Part shown: in pieces, positions 24,075-26,059 of the stretch
How positions within the stretch are numbered: the first letter of the stretch is position 1
Layout of the letters: the number at the start of each line of letters is the position of its first letter
NCBI GenBank assembly: GCA_040005235.1
Contig: JBDTZG010000071.1
Location: forward strand, 1 to 26,059
DNA: 26,059 bases
Origin: Acidobacteriota bacterium
Lineage (GTDB): Bacteria > Acidobacteriota > Thermoanaerobaculia > Multivoradales > UBA5704
Direction of reading: 5' to 3'
Notes under the pieces: model-generated
Told to the model about the DNA's origin: nothing
What the model saw: the letters and a program-made list of their open reading frames with translations, nothing else
Databases searched by the model: none
Translations under genes and position numbers: made by a program

Positions 24075-24857
24075 ATGGATACGATCGGCGTCTTCGACTC
24101 CGGAGTCGGCGGCCTGACCGTCGTGGCGGCCCTTGAGCAGAGGTTGCCGCGCGAGTCGATCCTCTATCTGGGCGACACGGCGCGCCTGCCCTATGGCTCG
24201 AAGTCCGAGGACACGGTCACCCGCTACACCCGCAAGAACATCGAGTTTCTGGAGCGGCGCGGGGTCAAGGCCGTGGTGGTCGCCTGCAACACCGCCTCGG
24301 CCCTGGCGCTGCCAAATCTGGAGCTGCATTTGCCGACCTGGGGGGTGATCGAGCCGGGGGCCGAGAAGGCCGCGGCGACCGGTCGCGGCCGGATCGGCGT
24401 GCTCGCGACCGAGGCGACCGTCCGGTCCGATGCCTACCCCAAAGCGCTCCTGCGGCTGCGGCCCGAGCTGGAGGTGCTCTCCCGCGCCTGCCCCCTGTTC
24501 GTGCCGCTGGTCGAAGAGGGATGGCACGACGACCCGGTGACCGAGCTGGTGGCGCGGCGTTACCTGGCGCCGCTGCTCGACGCGCAAGTGGACACCCTCG
24601 TCCTCGGCTGCACCCACTACCCGCTGCTCGCGCCGGTTCTGGCGCGCGTCGCCGGCCCGGAGGTCATGCTGGTCGACTCCGCCCAGGCGGTCGCCGAATC
24701 GGTCGCCGCGGGGCTCGCAGCCGCGGGGCTTCTCACCGACCGAGCAAGCGCGCCCGTGCATCATTTCGCGGTCACCGACTTGAACGACTCGTTCCGCCGG
24801 ATCGCCGCGCGAATCCTCGGGCGCGAGGTCGAGCTCGAGTGGGTCGAAGTGGTGTGA
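24075..24857 (+). CDS. murI: Glutamate racemase
   Basis: Motifs [29 protein letters not shown] and LGCTHYP (both catalytic Cys), [11 protein letters not shown]. Confidence 0.97.
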   Translation: MDTIGVFDSGVGGLTVVAALEQRLPRESILYLGDTARLPYGSKSEDTVTRYTRKNIEFLERRGVKAVVVACNTASALALPNLELHLPTWGVIEPGAEKAAATGRGRIGVLATEATVRSDAYPKALLRLRPELEVLSRACPLFVPLVEEGWHDDPVTELVARRYLAPLLDAQVDTLVLGCTHYPLLAPVLARVAGPEVMLVDSAQAVAESVAAGLAAAGLLTDRASAPVHHFAVTDLNDSFRRIAARILGREVELEWVEVV

Positions 24858-25540
24858 GCCCCGACTGGATCGAGGTGGCCGGCGGCCCATTCCAGATGGG
24901 CGGCGGCCCGCGCGACGAGGAGAACCCGGTGCATCCGGTGCGGATCTCGCCGTTTCGGCTGGCGCGGACACCTGTTCTGCGGGCGGACTACCAGCAGTTC
25001 CTCAATTCGACGGGCCATGCCGCGCCGCCGTTTTGGGGCGAGCCCGCTTTCTCAGATCCGCGCATGCCGGCGGTCGGCCCGTCGTGGGAGGACGCGGTCG
25101 CCTACTGCGCTTGGCTCGGACGACGTACGGCCGAAACGGTCCGCCTGCCGACCGAAGCCGAATGGGAGTTCGCGGCGCGCGCCGGCCGCGAGGTGCTCTA
25201 CCCCTGGGGCGACGAGCCGCCCGAGTCGCTGCCCGATTACGCTTCGCGTTGGAGGAACGGACCCGAGGTCTCGGACGCCTATCCTTCTCGGCACCCGCTC
25301 GGTTTCTTCGGGTTGGGCGAGAACGTCCACGAGTGGTGCAGCGATCGGTACGATGCCGGCTACTATGCGATGTCGCCCGTAGACGATCCGCAAGGACCTC
25401 CGGAAGGGCCGGCCGGAGGGCGCCGCTCGTCCCGCGGCGGCTCGTGGCGGCACCAGATCAAGGGTAGCCGCTGTACTTCGCGCTCGTCGATTCCGCCCCA
25501 TCTGCGCTACGCCGATTACGGTTTTCGGATCGCGTCCTAA
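24854..25540 (+). CDS. FGE/SUMF1-family (C-type lectin fold) domain protein
   Basis: GTGA overlap with murI; motifs 'GGPFQMG...E.PVH', '[11 protein letters not shown]', '[15 protein letters not shown]', 'YPWG', 'NVHEWC.D.Y', 'RGGSW', 'GFR'. Confidence 0.9.
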   Translation: MSPDWIEVAGGPFQMGGGPRDEENPVHPVRISPFRLARTPVLRADYQQFLNSTGHAAPPFWGEPAFSDPRMPAVGPSWEDAVAYCAWLGRRTAETVRLPTEAEWEFAARAGREVLYPWGDEPPESLPDYASRWRNGPEVSDAYPSRHPLGFFGLGENVHEWCSDRYDAGYYAMSPVDDPQGPPEGPAGGRRSSRGGSWRHQIKGSRCTSRSSIPPHLRYADYGFRIAS

Positions 25541-25554
25541 GAGAGGAAGAGAGT

Positions 25555-25836
25555 TTGAGCCAGATCCAGATGCGCAACGCGATCCGCCACGCCGCCTTTG
25601 CCGGTTTCGCGATCCACTCCCTCGCCGTATTGTGGATCTGGCGGACCTGGGACGCGTTCGGCGCCTCGAACCTGCTTCTCTGGATGAGCCTGCCGGCGTC
25701 GCTTGCCTACCTGGGCGCGAGCGGCACCTCTCTGCTCGGCCTGTCGCTGGTCTTCGGCGGCTTGGAATGGGCGCTGCTCGGCGGCCTGGTCGCCTGGGGG
25801 CTCGGCAGGAGCCTCCACCGCCGAACGGAAACGTAG
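25555..25836 (+). CDS. Small membrane protein, hypothetical
   Basis: GAGGA RBS, TTG start (ATG alternative at 25570), 2-3 hydrophobic helices, co-directional with the operon. Confidence 0.65.
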   Translation: MSQIQMRNAIRHAAFAGFAIHSLAVLWIWRTWDAFGASNLLLWMSLPASLAYLGASGTSLLGLSLVFGGLEWALLGGLVAWGLGRSLHRRTET

Positions 25837-25901
25837 GGGCGGAGCTTGCCTCCGCCCGCGATTTACGATGGCTTCGGGCGGAGGCAAGCTCCGCCCCTAC
25901 G
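25832..25901. repeat. GTAG-type REP doublet (REPIN-like), perfect 27-bp inverted repeat
   Basis: CGTAGGGGCGGAGCTTGCCTCCGCCCG (25832-58), 16-nt spacer, CGGGCGGAGGCAAGCTCCGCCCCTACG (25875-901). Each arm is itself palindromic. Followed by CATTTTTT. Confidence 0.8.
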
Positions 25902-25919
25902 CATTTTTTAACCCTTGGC

Positions 25920-26059
25920 TCAGCGCTTCGAGCCGGAGAACCCGGTGACGATGTAGGTCCCGGAGCGCTGGTCCTTCTTGAGCTTGATCACGTTGTTGCG
26001 CTCGGCGTCTTCGAGCAGCTCGGAGAAGGTGCTGTAGCCGTAGTAGCCCTCGTTGAAGG
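25920..26059 (-). CDS. C-terminus of an OST-HTH/LOTUS domain protein (probably NYN-OST-HTH), 5'-partial
   Basis: Own translation of the minus strand: ...FNEGYYGYSTFSELLEDAERNNVIKLKKDQRSGTYIVTGFSGSKR*; F.E..YG..TFS.LL is the OST-HTH signature. Confidence 0.8.
   Translation of the reverse strand, partial: FNEGYYGYSTFSELLEDAERNNVIKLKKDQRSGTYIVTGFSGSKR

Noticed and set aside
18505-25540. Diversity-generating retroelement targeting the two FGE/CLec domains
   Set aside because: No reverse transcriptase or Avd gene and no near-identical template repeat differing at adenines is visible. The two domain ends are not similar at DNA level. A remote DGR cannot be excluded from this window.

Overview
High-GC bacterial chromosome segment; the gene families and their order suggest Acidobacteriota (possibly Thermoanaerobaculia-like), which is an inference only. 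Left core block: partial rhomboid-like gene, then gap-pgk-tpiA-secG-tRNA-Leu(GAG) on the minus strand, an acidic hypothetical protein, tsaD and an Lrp/AsnC-EamA pair. Central accessory block (about 7.8-17.4 kb): three different type II toxin-antitoxin pairs (RHH-DUF433/DUF5615, HigBA, AbrB-VapC), a 5'-truncated gene remnant, a degenerate HTH protein, a secreted 2xLamG + Kazal protein behind a sigma54-type promoter, a truncated membrane-protein gene, SRPBCC and DHFR-like genes, a DUF885 protein and a hypothetical protein. Right block: UbiA/MqnP prenyltransferase, a secreted S9 peptidase fused to an FGE/SUMF1-type domain, a VOC protein, and an amidase-GerMN-murI-FGE-like-membrane protein operon, ending in a partial NYN/OST-HTH gene. 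Several REP-like palindromes and at least five probable leaderless genes are visible. I saw no integrase, transposase, reverse transcriptase or CRISPR array. All family calls come from motif recognition, not database searches.
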